This document shows positions 1-10,049 of a stretch of 64,000 nt of DNA, piece after piece. The DNA comes from Podarcis pityusensis (lineage: Eukaryota): the NCBI GenBank assembly GCA_964106645.2, contig OZ067042.1; one strand, given 5' to 3'. How positions within the stretch are numbered: position 1 is the stretch's first letter; every line of letters starts with the position of its first letter. Both the position numbers and the translations under genes were made by a program. Below the pieces are notes generated by a model, which was not told the DNA's origin, did no database searches, and saw only the letters and a program-made list of their open reading frames with translations.

Positions 1-199
1 ATATTCTGCCACTGGCTTATGACCTTTCCCCATGGGGAGGTTACACTGTGAGCAACACAAGAGAGCACCAGGTACAGGATTATAGACCAAAGCTAAGGCA
101 TCCATGTAAGTAATTAAAATGAATAATCAGATAACCAAGAAAGCTATTTAACTGATCTGCACTGATGTAGGTTTCCTATTAAATCTCCTTGATATATTT

Positions 200-275
200 G
201 CTTATTTGGTCTTTTCAAAATCTTTAGTGAAGGAGATCCCATAGCTTCCCTCAAAACCTTTAACCATTGTTCTCT
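200..275 (-). mobile_element. Decayed CR1 LINE fragment
   Basis: aatctttagtgaaggagatcccatagcttccctc...ccattgttc resembles the reverse complement of the CR1 ORF2 3' region (recalled). Confidence 0.35.
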
Positions 276-785
276 TACAAATTGTCCACAGCATTTTAAA
301 CCAATATATATCAGCTGGTAATTCAAGGCAACAGCCAGTTGCCTACTATTGTTCATTAAACACAAGTGATTCAGTTGCTACCTTCCATATGCACATTTGA
401 AGGTTAAAGCCCTACATGAATGCATAGGGAAGCTGTGTGCTGTGGGAATTTTATTTGTAGCCTTCATCTATGACCTCCCAAAGTCATAGAAGGCAAACTG
501 CTATTCAGTTTTGGAGTATGAGCTTTGTTCTGCCCTTCATTATTTCCCCCAGTTTCTTCAGGATTGCTTGTACAATCTGCATATGTCCCAAAGTTCTAAA
601 TGGGTTTGCAGGACTGTACATTTAAATGATCTATGTAAAGTGTTTGAAGGAGGTTTTGATGCTACCCCACAGGTCTCTTGTATATTAGTCTCACAGCTAA
701 GCAATAGTAGATTTCATTTTAGGAATTTCATCAGATTTTTTTCCTTTTTCAAGCTCAGTTTCTCTCTTTTTCCTTTCTATCTCAG

Positions 786-1027
786 ACTCCATAGGTGGAC
801 CATTTCCTGCTTCATCTCACCGATGCCACCACAAGCAAAAGCATTGTCTGCCCATCCCACAGTGTGGAACTCTCTCAGTCAGCCCGCTGCTGTTCCACCC
901 CCATACCAAGGGGTCACAGATCATCATGGACACCACACAGAAGGCAGTCAAGCGTCAGGCTAGCTTCTGTAATGCCATCACCTTCAGCAACAGGGCAGTT
1001 GTTATCTATGAGCAAGTCAGGCTGAAG
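786..1027 (+). CDS. NEURL1: NEURL1 coding exon 2 (N-terminal region and start of NHR1)
   Basis: Polypyrimidine tract and ctcAG acceptor (784-785), AAG|gtgagt donor (1028). The 242 bp translate without stops as (D)[80 protein letters not shown], matching recalled vertebrate Neuralized1. This frame is not in the ORF track. Confidence 0.96.
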
Positions 1028-2255
1028 GTGAGTTGATGCCTTTCCCATTCACTTCTTTGTGAGAACCAAAATTCATATGGCATACCAGGACCTCGCAATG
1101 GGAGGGTTTGTATGGAGCGCAAAACTATGGCTTAGCATTATGCACATGAGCTTCTGTGAGCCTGAGTAAAGTGTTCCCCTGCCCTCCTATCATCTCCCCA
1201 CATGGTCAGGAGGTTGAATAAACCAGGATTCAGTTTTGCGTTTGGTGGTTCCTGGCTTGTGTGCAAACCAGGAACCATAAACTTGTTTGTTAATTTGAAA
1301 TTAACACACCTAATCTGCAAGTGAGGACAAACTGGGAAGTGGCAAAAGTGAAATTGTACCCTGGTTTATTCCTCTTGGGGAGCACATGAGTGTTGTACTT
1401 TGTATAGTTTCCTCTCTGCTTGTGCAGCTATTGCTAAACCATAGTTTAGCATTACATTCAAACATAGTCAATGTATTTTCAGATGTATTTAAATCAACAC
1501 TCAACTACTTTCTCTGAAGACCCAGAATACAAGTTGAGAATATACCCCAGGGGTCTCTGTGGCACAGCAGAATCCTCTTGCTTATGCTTTTGCTTTGTGC
1601 GCTGTTTTCCCTTCCTGTCCTCCAGGGCCCTGTCCTGTGTTGCTTTGTAGGATTAATAGCTGGAGTGCCTTGTGCGCTGCATTGTTTGAACATTTAACTG
1701 GCTATCTCATACAGTTAGTGTAAAGTACAGATAAAATGGTATAAAACCAATAATGATGAAGCACCATTTATCTCCTTCCCACGAGCTCCCGCAGTTCTGC
1801 AATAAAATTGCTATGATGAATAATCCCACAGTTGTTGTTTTTTTTTAAAAAAGTGATTAATGAGGCTACTATTATTGCTTCCTTATTACACATTCAGTAC
1901 AGTTAGCTTGTTTTGCTGCATTTTGTTGCAACTTTGAGGATGTGATAGTGTGACAAGTGGCGTGGAGGCAAATGTGGTTTTTACTATAGCAAGCCTGGAC
2001 AGTGTCTGTGGAGGTCCTGGGGTGGCCAGAAGACAAGACCCCACTCTCCACCTCACTGACATGGTCCAAAGGAAAGGAAAGCAATGCATTTGGCACCACC
2101 TTGGCTGTAGCAGTTGACGGAAGCAGGCATGCAAGATGCCATCCAACCACCTTAGCAAGAGACCTACCCACTTGGCACTCACGTCCTTAAATAAACTGCT
2201 TTTAATATCAGTCTTTAGAACTTTTGTAAGGATAAGGGTTGCAAGGATAAGGATA

Positions 2256-2320
2256 ACAGAATCAAAGAATTGTAGAGTTGGAAGAGATCCAAAGGGTCAT
2301 CTAGTCCAATCCCTGCAACT
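2256..2320 (-). mobile_element. CR1 LINE 3' end
   Basis: agaatcaaagaattgtagagttggaagagatccaaagggtcatctagtccaatccc is the reverse complement of the CR1 terminus (GGACTAGATGACCC...TTCCAACTCTACAATTCT), also seen at 44608. Confidence 0.75.
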
Positions 2321-2658
2321 CTCTGCAATATGCAAGCATCACATCTAAGATAAGGTACCAAGGATAAGGGTGGATACAGATATGTAATTATCTGAAGAAA
2401 CAACCCCAATCTGCTTAAATACCAGCAAATTACTTGTAGCTTCCACTGGATATCTTTGCTGTTAAACTTTATTTTTGCTTTTGAGTGTTGCTGTTATTGC
2501 AGCTATATCCAGAGGAGCCCTAAATCACAAAGATACTGATGCAGTCTTGCTCCTGTCTTCAAAACTTTACTGCTGGATTTTATTTTATTTTACTGTGATT
2601 TTATTTCAGTATTGCATTCCCTTGCACACATACAGAATGCGTGCAGTTTTTCTTTGTA

Positions 2659-3016
2659 AAAAGGTAAAGGTAAAGGGACTCCTGACCATTAGGTCCAGTC
2701 GTGGCCAACTGTGGGGTTGCGGCGCTCATCTCTCTTTATTGGCTGAGGGAGCTGGTGTACAGCTTCCGGGTCATGTGGCCAGCATGACTAAGCTGCTTCT
2801 GGCGAACCAGAGCAGTGCACGGAAACACTATTTACCTTCCCGCTGGAGCGGTACCTATTTATCTACTTGCAGTTTGATGTGCTTTCGAACTGCTAGGTTG
2901 GCAGGAGCAGGGACCGAGCAATGGGAGCTCACCCCGTCGCGGGGATTTGAACCACCAACCTTCTGATTGGCAAGCCCTAGGCTCTGTGGTTTAACCCACA
3001 GTGCCACCCACGTCCC
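2659..3016 (-). mobile_element. Full-length Sauria SINE (POM-type), copy 1
   Basis: tRNA-like head (GGGAC..GTGGC.CTGTGG) at 3016 and (ACCTTT)n tail at 2659. 17-bp TSD at 2642-2658 and 3017-3033. Highly similar to the copies at 8827 and 46459. Confidence 0.93.
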
Positions 3017-3033
3017 TGTGGTTTTTCTTTGTA

Positions 3034-3335
3034 GTAACCCCCAATTGTGGAATTTGTTCCCCTGGAAGTGTGGATGACACCTACATTACTGGGCTTCTGG
3101 TAAAGGATCATCTGTTTACCTGGAAAGTTGATGGAAATTCAGTGATGATGATTGCTGCTGTATGATTTTGTAATGATTTATATTTTAAATTCCTGATTAT
3201 TGTTTTAATGCCTTATTTAATCAGTGTGCTGTTGGTTGTATATTTGAATGTTGTTATTATATCTGACCTATTGTAAACCACTTCATTTTAATTGATGAAA
3301 GGTGGTTTCATGAGTAATTCAGAGAATGAATAAAT
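3034..3335 (+). mobile_element. Decayed L2-type LINE 3' end interrupted by SINE copy 1
   Basis: ...ccccaattgtggaatttgttcccctgg...ctgtttacctgg...ttgtaaaccac...aaaggtggttt...aataaat resembles the lizard L2 tail also seen at 35515-35900 and 46931. Confidence 0.5.
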
Positions 3336-4002
3336 GTTACCATTTCCAGACCTATAGCTTCTACAATATCTCCTGTTTAGTCTCCAGCCAGCTTTCTGGC
3401 GTTGCTTACTTCACAATGGGTTTCAACACCTTAATTTGTGTAAAGGGTAACTAGCTTACTTATTTTAATCCATTCATCTTTGGAATGATCTATCTAATTG
3501 CACTGAATCAAATAATAGAGACGAAAGGGTACAGCAGAAATCACATATTCATGTTTGTTACTGCAATCATGAGAATAGGCTACATGGGTGCCTGTTCAGG
3601 GAAAGTCAGAGTGGTTCATTGTAGACAAAAATGCATTATGTGATCTGGTTGCAGATAACATTGAATCTCCAAGTAATTGCCATCACTTATAACCTTGTGG
3701 GGGGGGGTGAGCATCCCCACACAATATATTGCTGTTTAGTAGTGTTTCCTCACCCCTTCCACCACTTGCAAAGCAATCATATAGTTCCTAATGCAACCCC
3801 CTTTTCTAAAACCCATTCATATCCAGTACTGCTGGAAGCCTCCAACTCCTCCCTCCTCCACATACAGTAAATTCAAGCACTCGTCCCCATCAGCTCAGTA
3901 ATGCTACACCACACATTTATTCTCTATCCCTTAGACAATGACATGTTGCTAATGAAAAATTCAAATTGTGCTGATTATGCTTCCATTCTTCCCTCTCTTC
4001 AG

Positions 4003-4324
4003 ATCACAAAGAAGCAGTGCTGTTGGAGTGGGGCTCTTCGGCTTGGATTTACCTCTAAGGACCCCTCTAGGATTAACCCAGAAACCCTGCCCAAGTATGC
4101 ATGTCCAGACCTCGTTTCTCAGAGTGGATTCTGGGCCAAGGCCCTCCCGGAAGAATTTGCAAATGAGGGAAACATCATCGCATTCTGGGTGGACAAAAAG
4201 GGACGTGTATTTTACCGGGTTAATAACTCTGCCGCCATGTTGTTCTTCAGTGGAGTGAGGACCACTGAACCATTGTGGGCTTTGATTGACGTCTATGGAC
4301 TCACACGTGGAGTGCAGCTGCTAG
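4003..4324 (+). CDS. NEURL1: NEURL1 coding exon 3 (rest of NHR1)
   Basis: ctcttcAG|ATC acceptor, G|gtaggt donor, 322 bp. Encodes [107 protein letters not shown]; phase 0 join with exon 2. Confidence 0.97.
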
Positions 4325-4604
4325 GTAGGTGCATTTCTGGAAAATATGACTTTGTCATGGGAGGGTAAGTCACCTTATTGCTGAAAGCAAAAGTTTCTAT
4401 TCTCTGGACACATCTTACCTGGATTAATCCATTATACCTTATTATTTCTGGTAGTGCCATTTTCTGAAATGTGTATGTCACAGTTCCTTATCTCTTTCTA
4501 ATTATCGTAAGTCAGAAAGACCCTATGGTTGTGCTGCTTTGCTTGTGCTGTGATAAATGATCATCTTTCTTAAGGCCAATAGTTGTACATTGTACAAACA
4601 GTAT

Positions 4605-5250
4605 TACAACAAAGGGTCTCGCAACACCTTAAAAACTTTAAAAACTAACATTTTTTTGTAGTATAAGCTTTTTATGTGATAGTGTCATGTGTGTGAGAGA
4701 GAGATTTCATTTATCTTGTGCTTTTATATAGAATTGTCACAGACTGATCACTGCATTTCATTGCCGTTTGGCCTCATGTCATCTAGGGACAGAGGAACTA
4801 GCCCAAGATTGTCCACTCTGACTGGCAGCAATTATCCAGTGTTTCAGGCAGACGGCTTCCACATTTGTTTATTCATTTTCAACATTTGCACACGGCCCTG
4901 TTGCAAAGGAAGCTTTCAAATAAAAACCAGATCACATTCTAGAACTGTTATTTAATTAATTTTTAACCTGCCCTTCATCTAACAAGTGATACCAGAGTAG
5001 GATACATCATATATAAAATCAACCAACAATACAACAATCCCACTGAAAGCATAAAAACCAATATAACATTGACATCTTTTTATCTGGAGATGCCAAGAAT
5101 TGAACCTGGGGCTTTCTACATTCAAAGCATGTGCTCTGCAACTGAGTTATAATAAATCTGTTCATTTCTAAGGTGTCACAGGACTCTCTGTTGCTTTTGC
5201 TGCAATGTATTATCATAGCTGTCCCTTTGGAAAAAGTACAACCCTCTGGA
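4605..5250. mobile_element. Composite remnant: inverted Penelope-like termini enclosing a split tRNA-SINE (Squam3-like)
   Basis: acaacaaagggtctcgcaacaccttaaa (4607) and tctaaggtgtcacaggactctctgttgcttttgctgcaa (5168) are mutually inverted Penelope-like ends. Minus-strand SINE pieces lie at ~4800-4860 and ~5082-5150. Confidence 0.45.
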
Positions 5251-6783
5251 AACAGCACTACTTTATTATCCAGTCTTGAACAGGATGCAAAATGGTAGAA
5301 AGCGATTCGGTTCATATGTTTAGTAGTCTCAGCCTTAAAATATCTCCCACCTTTGTCCTTTAATTAATAAGCCTGAGCAAAGCTGGAGTGTTAAACAAAT
5401 TCCAATGGAGTTTCACCCATGTTTTGTCTGCATAGCAGAACAAGAATCAGACCGTGTTTGTTGTTAGAAAGTGCTGCTTGATGCCATCCATGTAAACCTT
5501 ACATTCCTCACTCTTGTTCATAAGGACATCAAAGACCAAGCAAACAAAATGGGTCTGGAAGTAATAAATCATAATGAAAATAAATATCATTAATAGAAGA
5601 ATTTTGTTATGACAGACTATTGGTGCACATTCTGAAGCATGGAATGACTCCATAAAAGTTCCCCATTATCTTATTTAACTCTCTTACATCTGACATGGGT
5701 AAATGCATTTCATAGTTTATGCATGGCTCACATTTTACCTGAAAGAAGGATTTGCTGGTTGTTACTTCTATTTAAATGAAATTGCTCTTCTTAAAAATAT
5801 TAGGTTTAGAAAATAAAATATGTTTCCTGGGCTCTAGGAGAATCCTTGGTAGATCATTTTATTACACAATAAAAGTACAGCCATGAAAAATCATTTTATT
5901 GTGCTTTAAAAGCTCTGTTGTGAGAGTTCCTCGTGAGCTGAGAGTTCCTGAGCACTTGTAAAGCAAAGCTCCAGAATAAATGGAAGTTTAGCTGTGAAGT
6001 TCAACTAAAATTCAAGACCAATTAACACAACAATCCTTTTTACACTATGAGTTGACATACTTTGAGATTACATGAGTTGACATACTTAGCAGCTTTTGCA
6101 TGGGGATAGTGTATGCATAGTGTATGACAGATATCTGTGATATTGCTGATGCTTCATGTAACATTTAAGATTTACTGAAATCTTAAGTGAGTTGAAGTTA
6201 GTGTAACTGTTCATTAGAGAAGGTCACATTGTTGTACCTTTAATGTATACAAAATGATGGTATGAGTGACTTGTATTCTGATAGAAAAATCAGAATATTG
6301 CTGATAAAATAATATTTGTGTTATAGTGTAAACAATGTGTCTAGCATTATATGTGAATCGTTCTGGGATTTTTACCCATTTTAGCAAGGCAGGGAAGAAG
6401 AGGACACGTCATTGAACCTTGAGGTTATGTGCAAGATTCTCATAGCTAACCTTGGCATTAAAATGCACTTTTAATGCCTAAAATAAGACTCGTAGCAGAA
6501 ATAATTTTGAAATCAGTCCCTGGGTTTGAAAGTGGATGGAAGGAATGAATTGTTATATTATTTTAAGGAATGATATTTGAGAGGGAAACATGTGGAATTC
6601 TCAACCTTGTTAGTTTGCTAGCAATGCTAACATCTAGTGGACGGATGGATTTGCTCTCCATCCGTTTACAGATGTTAAAGTTCCATCAACCTTCCCTACA
6701 CCCATAATTCCCTTTGAATTCGAAACTTCTCACAGCAAGTTACCTACTTTCTTTATCTTCCTTTCCTTCACAAAGAGTTAAAC

Positions 6784-6920
6784 CAGGCATCCCCAAACTC
6801 GGCCCTCCAGATGTTTTGGGACTACAATTCCCATCACCCCTGACCACTGGTCCTGTTAGCTAGGGGTGATGGGAGTTGTAGTCGCAAAAACATTTGGAGG
6901 GCCGAGTTTGGGGATGCCTG
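6784..6920. mobile_element. Palindromic hAT (Charlie-like) MITE
   Basis: TIRs CAGGCATCCCCAAACTCGGCCCTCCA...TGGAGGGCCGAGTTTGGGGATGCCTG; 8-bp TSD agttaaac/agttaagc. Confidence 0.9.
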
Positions 6921-7279
6921 AGTTAAGCTTTTCACTCTGCTTCATTACGAGAGCTAAGAGACAGAAGTGTCTTGCAGATATCTTGTCTCTGCCAATTAGC
7001 TAAATGCAGTTAGTACAAAGCAGCGTAACCAGTACAGCGAGGCACCTGCCACCAGGATTCAGATTCCCCTGCCGCTTAGAATGAGTTTATGCAATTGACA
7101 TTAATGCTCAGACATTTTATTTATAGCATGTTCCAATTGCCTTTGGCAGACTTAATCTTGGCAATTGTCTTGAAGCCTCTTAATCTTGTTTCTTACGCAT
7201 CTCCATTCTGTGTTATGTGGTGTCAAAGCTCAGGTGCTTGTTGACATATAATTCTTCATCAATTCTACACTCACTTTGG

Positions 7280-7370
7280 GGCTGCACTCCTGTACCCCCA
7301 CCTACCTGGGAGTAAGTCCTGTTGAACTCAGTAGGACTTACCTCTGAGTAGACATGCATACAATTGTGGT
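7280..7370. repeat. Short palindromic lizard MITE-like repeat
   Basis: gggagtaagtcctgttgaactcagtaggacttacctc hairpin. Related copies at ~25825-25960, ~53740-53795 and ~54320-54410. Confidence 0.55.
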
Positions 7371-8826
7371 ATTCCTCACTTTTCCTTGTGAATTTTAATC
7401 AAAGGCATTGGATGGGGAAACTACAAAAATTAGAGAGAGTGGAGCTTCAGGAGTTGTGTTCTGAGAACATTTGGTTGTTTTCTTCTAAAAATAAGCTGAA
7501 ATAACTACTGAGATATAAATCTAAAACCTGTTCTACACATACTCATTTGTAATGATTGACCTGCTGTTTTTCCAATACCCCAAAGGATTTTTTAAAAATA
7601 AAAGAAATCAAGATAATGGAGTCGGACATCAACTAGAAAACATTGGCTACTAAAAACAGATTAAATAGGATTACTTTCCTAGTACAGAGAAGTCAACATT
7701 GTGAAATCAAAATATACAGATGCCATTGAAAATTAAGAGAATGGGTATTTTATTACATTGTTTAGAGGAAAAGGTACATCATCTTAATTGATGGTTATGT
7801 AATGTATTTTATTTTGGATGTCATTGTTCCCATTATGATTTCTTAAACCAAGAGCAAAAGTAAACAAAAGGGTTGAAATGCAAATATTCTATTATGGGAA
7901 TTAATCTTTGCAATCTCCCTTAATACTTTTCAAATGATTAAGCAGAGTAGTTTGACCTCAGGAGGTCACTTTTACCAGCTAAACATGCACTTCTCTGCAT
8001 TTCTTATATATATTGAAAGAAACAAACCTGGAAATCACAGTCATGTGAGCAATTTTCTGTTTCAAGAATTTGATTATTGGTTAGATCAGCATATGCATAG
8101 CTCAGCTTTTTTGTGCCCATTTTTGAGAGATGTGGATTCATTGGACAGCGTTGCCTGAGGGTCTGAATCAACTAGCTTTGCAGGAGGCGGGATAGTGATG
8201 CCCCCTTCTAATTCCAACATGGCTCCTCCTTTCCTATAATTGTCTTGTGCTGTGGCCATTATACTTGATGTGCTCATTTTCTTTTCTCACCCATGCCCTT
8301 TTGTACCATGCCTAATGAGTTGTAACCCTGAATTGTAAACTGTGAACATTTCTGTAAAAAAGAATATAGATAAGTAAAAACATACGGAACCTAGAAATGA
8401 ATGTTGCCTGGTGCAGTGTGAAGTATTCCTGTTCAAGGATGCCAACCAGCCAGCCATGAAAGACATTCCAGAATACTCCACTCTGCACCCTCTTCTATGC
8501 TCACCTGTTTTCCCTCCCTACCCCAACAATCAGCCAGCATTTCATGACTATTACTGAGCATGCCCAGTCTTCCTCAGACCCGCCCTCCCACCTCCTCTTC
8601 CCTCCTAAAGATTTTTTTTTTTTTTTTGCACTTCTGCAAATCTTGGAGTCAACAACATCCAAATCTTGGAGTCTACATCCCTCTTGTGCTAGGATGGTAC
8701 AACTTAGGGAAGTGGCTGGCTGGATCTCCCTTGACAATAAATTCCAGAATTCCAGTGCTATTAAGAAGAACTAAGCGTACTTCTCTTCTTTCTGCATTTT
8801 ATTAAGTGGAGGTATACATAGTTGAA

Positions 8827-9171
8827 GGGACGCGGGTGGCGCTGTGGGTTAAACCACAGAGCCTAGGACTTGCTGATTCGGTGGTTCGAATCCCCGCGAC
8901 GGGGTGAGCTCCCATTGTTCGGTCCCAGCTCCTACAACCTAGCAGTTCAAAAGCACATCAAAGTGCAAGTAGATAAATAGGTACTGCTCCGGCGGGAAGG
9001 TAAATGGTGTTTCCGTGTGCTGCTCTGGTTCGCCAGAAGCAGCTTAGTCATGCTGGCCACATGACCCGGAAGCGGTATGCCGGCTCCCTTGGCCAATAAA
9101 GCGAGATGAGCGCCGCAACCCCAGAGTCGGTCACAACTGGACCTAATGCTCAGGGGCCCCTTTACCTTTAC
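8827..9171 (+). mobile_element. Full-length Sauria SINE (POM-type), copy 2
   Basis: GGGACGCGGGTGGCGCTGTGG head (A box), GGTTCGAATCC B box at 8883-8893, TTTACCTTTAC tail, imperfect 14-bp TSD tatacatagttgaa/tatacataatagag. Confidence 0.93.
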
Positions 9172-10049
9172 TATACATAATAGAGCCTTTCCATTGGCTG
9201 CAGTGTCCATGTAGATTCATGCAGGGAGTGATGTTATTTCAGATATCCAGGTACCAAACCACAGAGGGCTTAAAATGCAAGATCCAACACCTTGAATTGG
9301 GTCAGGAAACATTTTGGGATCTTGATATAATACTAATATAAGGTGACGTGACTCCTGTCAGTTGACACATTTTGTGCTAGTAGTGGTTTCCAAATATTTT
9401 TTAAGGGTAGCTCTAGGCAGAATGAATTATAGAAGGCACCAAGCCATTTGTAACCGCATCAACATCAGCCTTATAATGTGCTGAGGGTCTTCTCTTACTT
9501 CCCAGTGATGGGGATGGCTCATAGGGTTTTCTACCACTCTTTCAGAAGCCCTATGCATTGTTTAGACAAAAGTAAGTCCCCCCCCTTTTTACCTTCATAG
9601 AACCCACTTTTTATTATTGCTTTCAGCTTTTCAGTTGGTGGGACAGTACATTTATACAGGTCAGATTCAAACATGGATTCTAATTAACTCTAGATATTTT
9701 AATTTGTGTTAGTGGATGAAGAAATTAACAACACTAAGAATGTTTACACCAGCAAGCAAACACAACTGACTGGAATGATTCCCTTCCACACTAGTTCTAT
9801 ATGTCTATGTAAATAAGCCTTCAGTGTGAACAGATGTGGTATGGTCTTCTTGAAATTGAAGAGAGCCTGAGAAAATATCTTTAGGAGTATTGCATGTGCA
9901 GTGTCTTGAACTAGATGCTGTGTGTTGTTGGACTCTGCAACTTTTTGGCAGTGAGAAGAATGGGAACGGAGGGAATGTTTATCACTTACCCACCCTCATC
10001 TCCTAGTAAACCACAGCAACCCTCAAAGTATTACTGATGATCGTCGTAG

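Noticed and set aside
511-1025. ORFs 511-963 and 795-1025
   Set aside because: Wrong-frame overlaps of the real NEURL1 exon 2, which is read in the third frame.
2475-2966. 163-aa ORF, and the similar 87-aa ORF at 8947-9210
   Set aside because: Both are antisense read-throughs of Sauria SINE copies; their similarity reflects the repeat, not a gene family.
4660-4700. Hammerhead ribozyme expected in Penelope-like termini
   Set aside because: The CUGANGA/GAAA core is not recognisable on either strand in this decayed copy.
6047-6087. Direct repeat ATGAGTTGACATACTT x2
   Set aside because: A simple local micro-duplication with no further structure.
8827-8900. tRNA gene suggested by A and B boxes
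   Set aside because: It is the tRNA-derived head of a SINE; it continues into the SINE body and tail and has a TSD.
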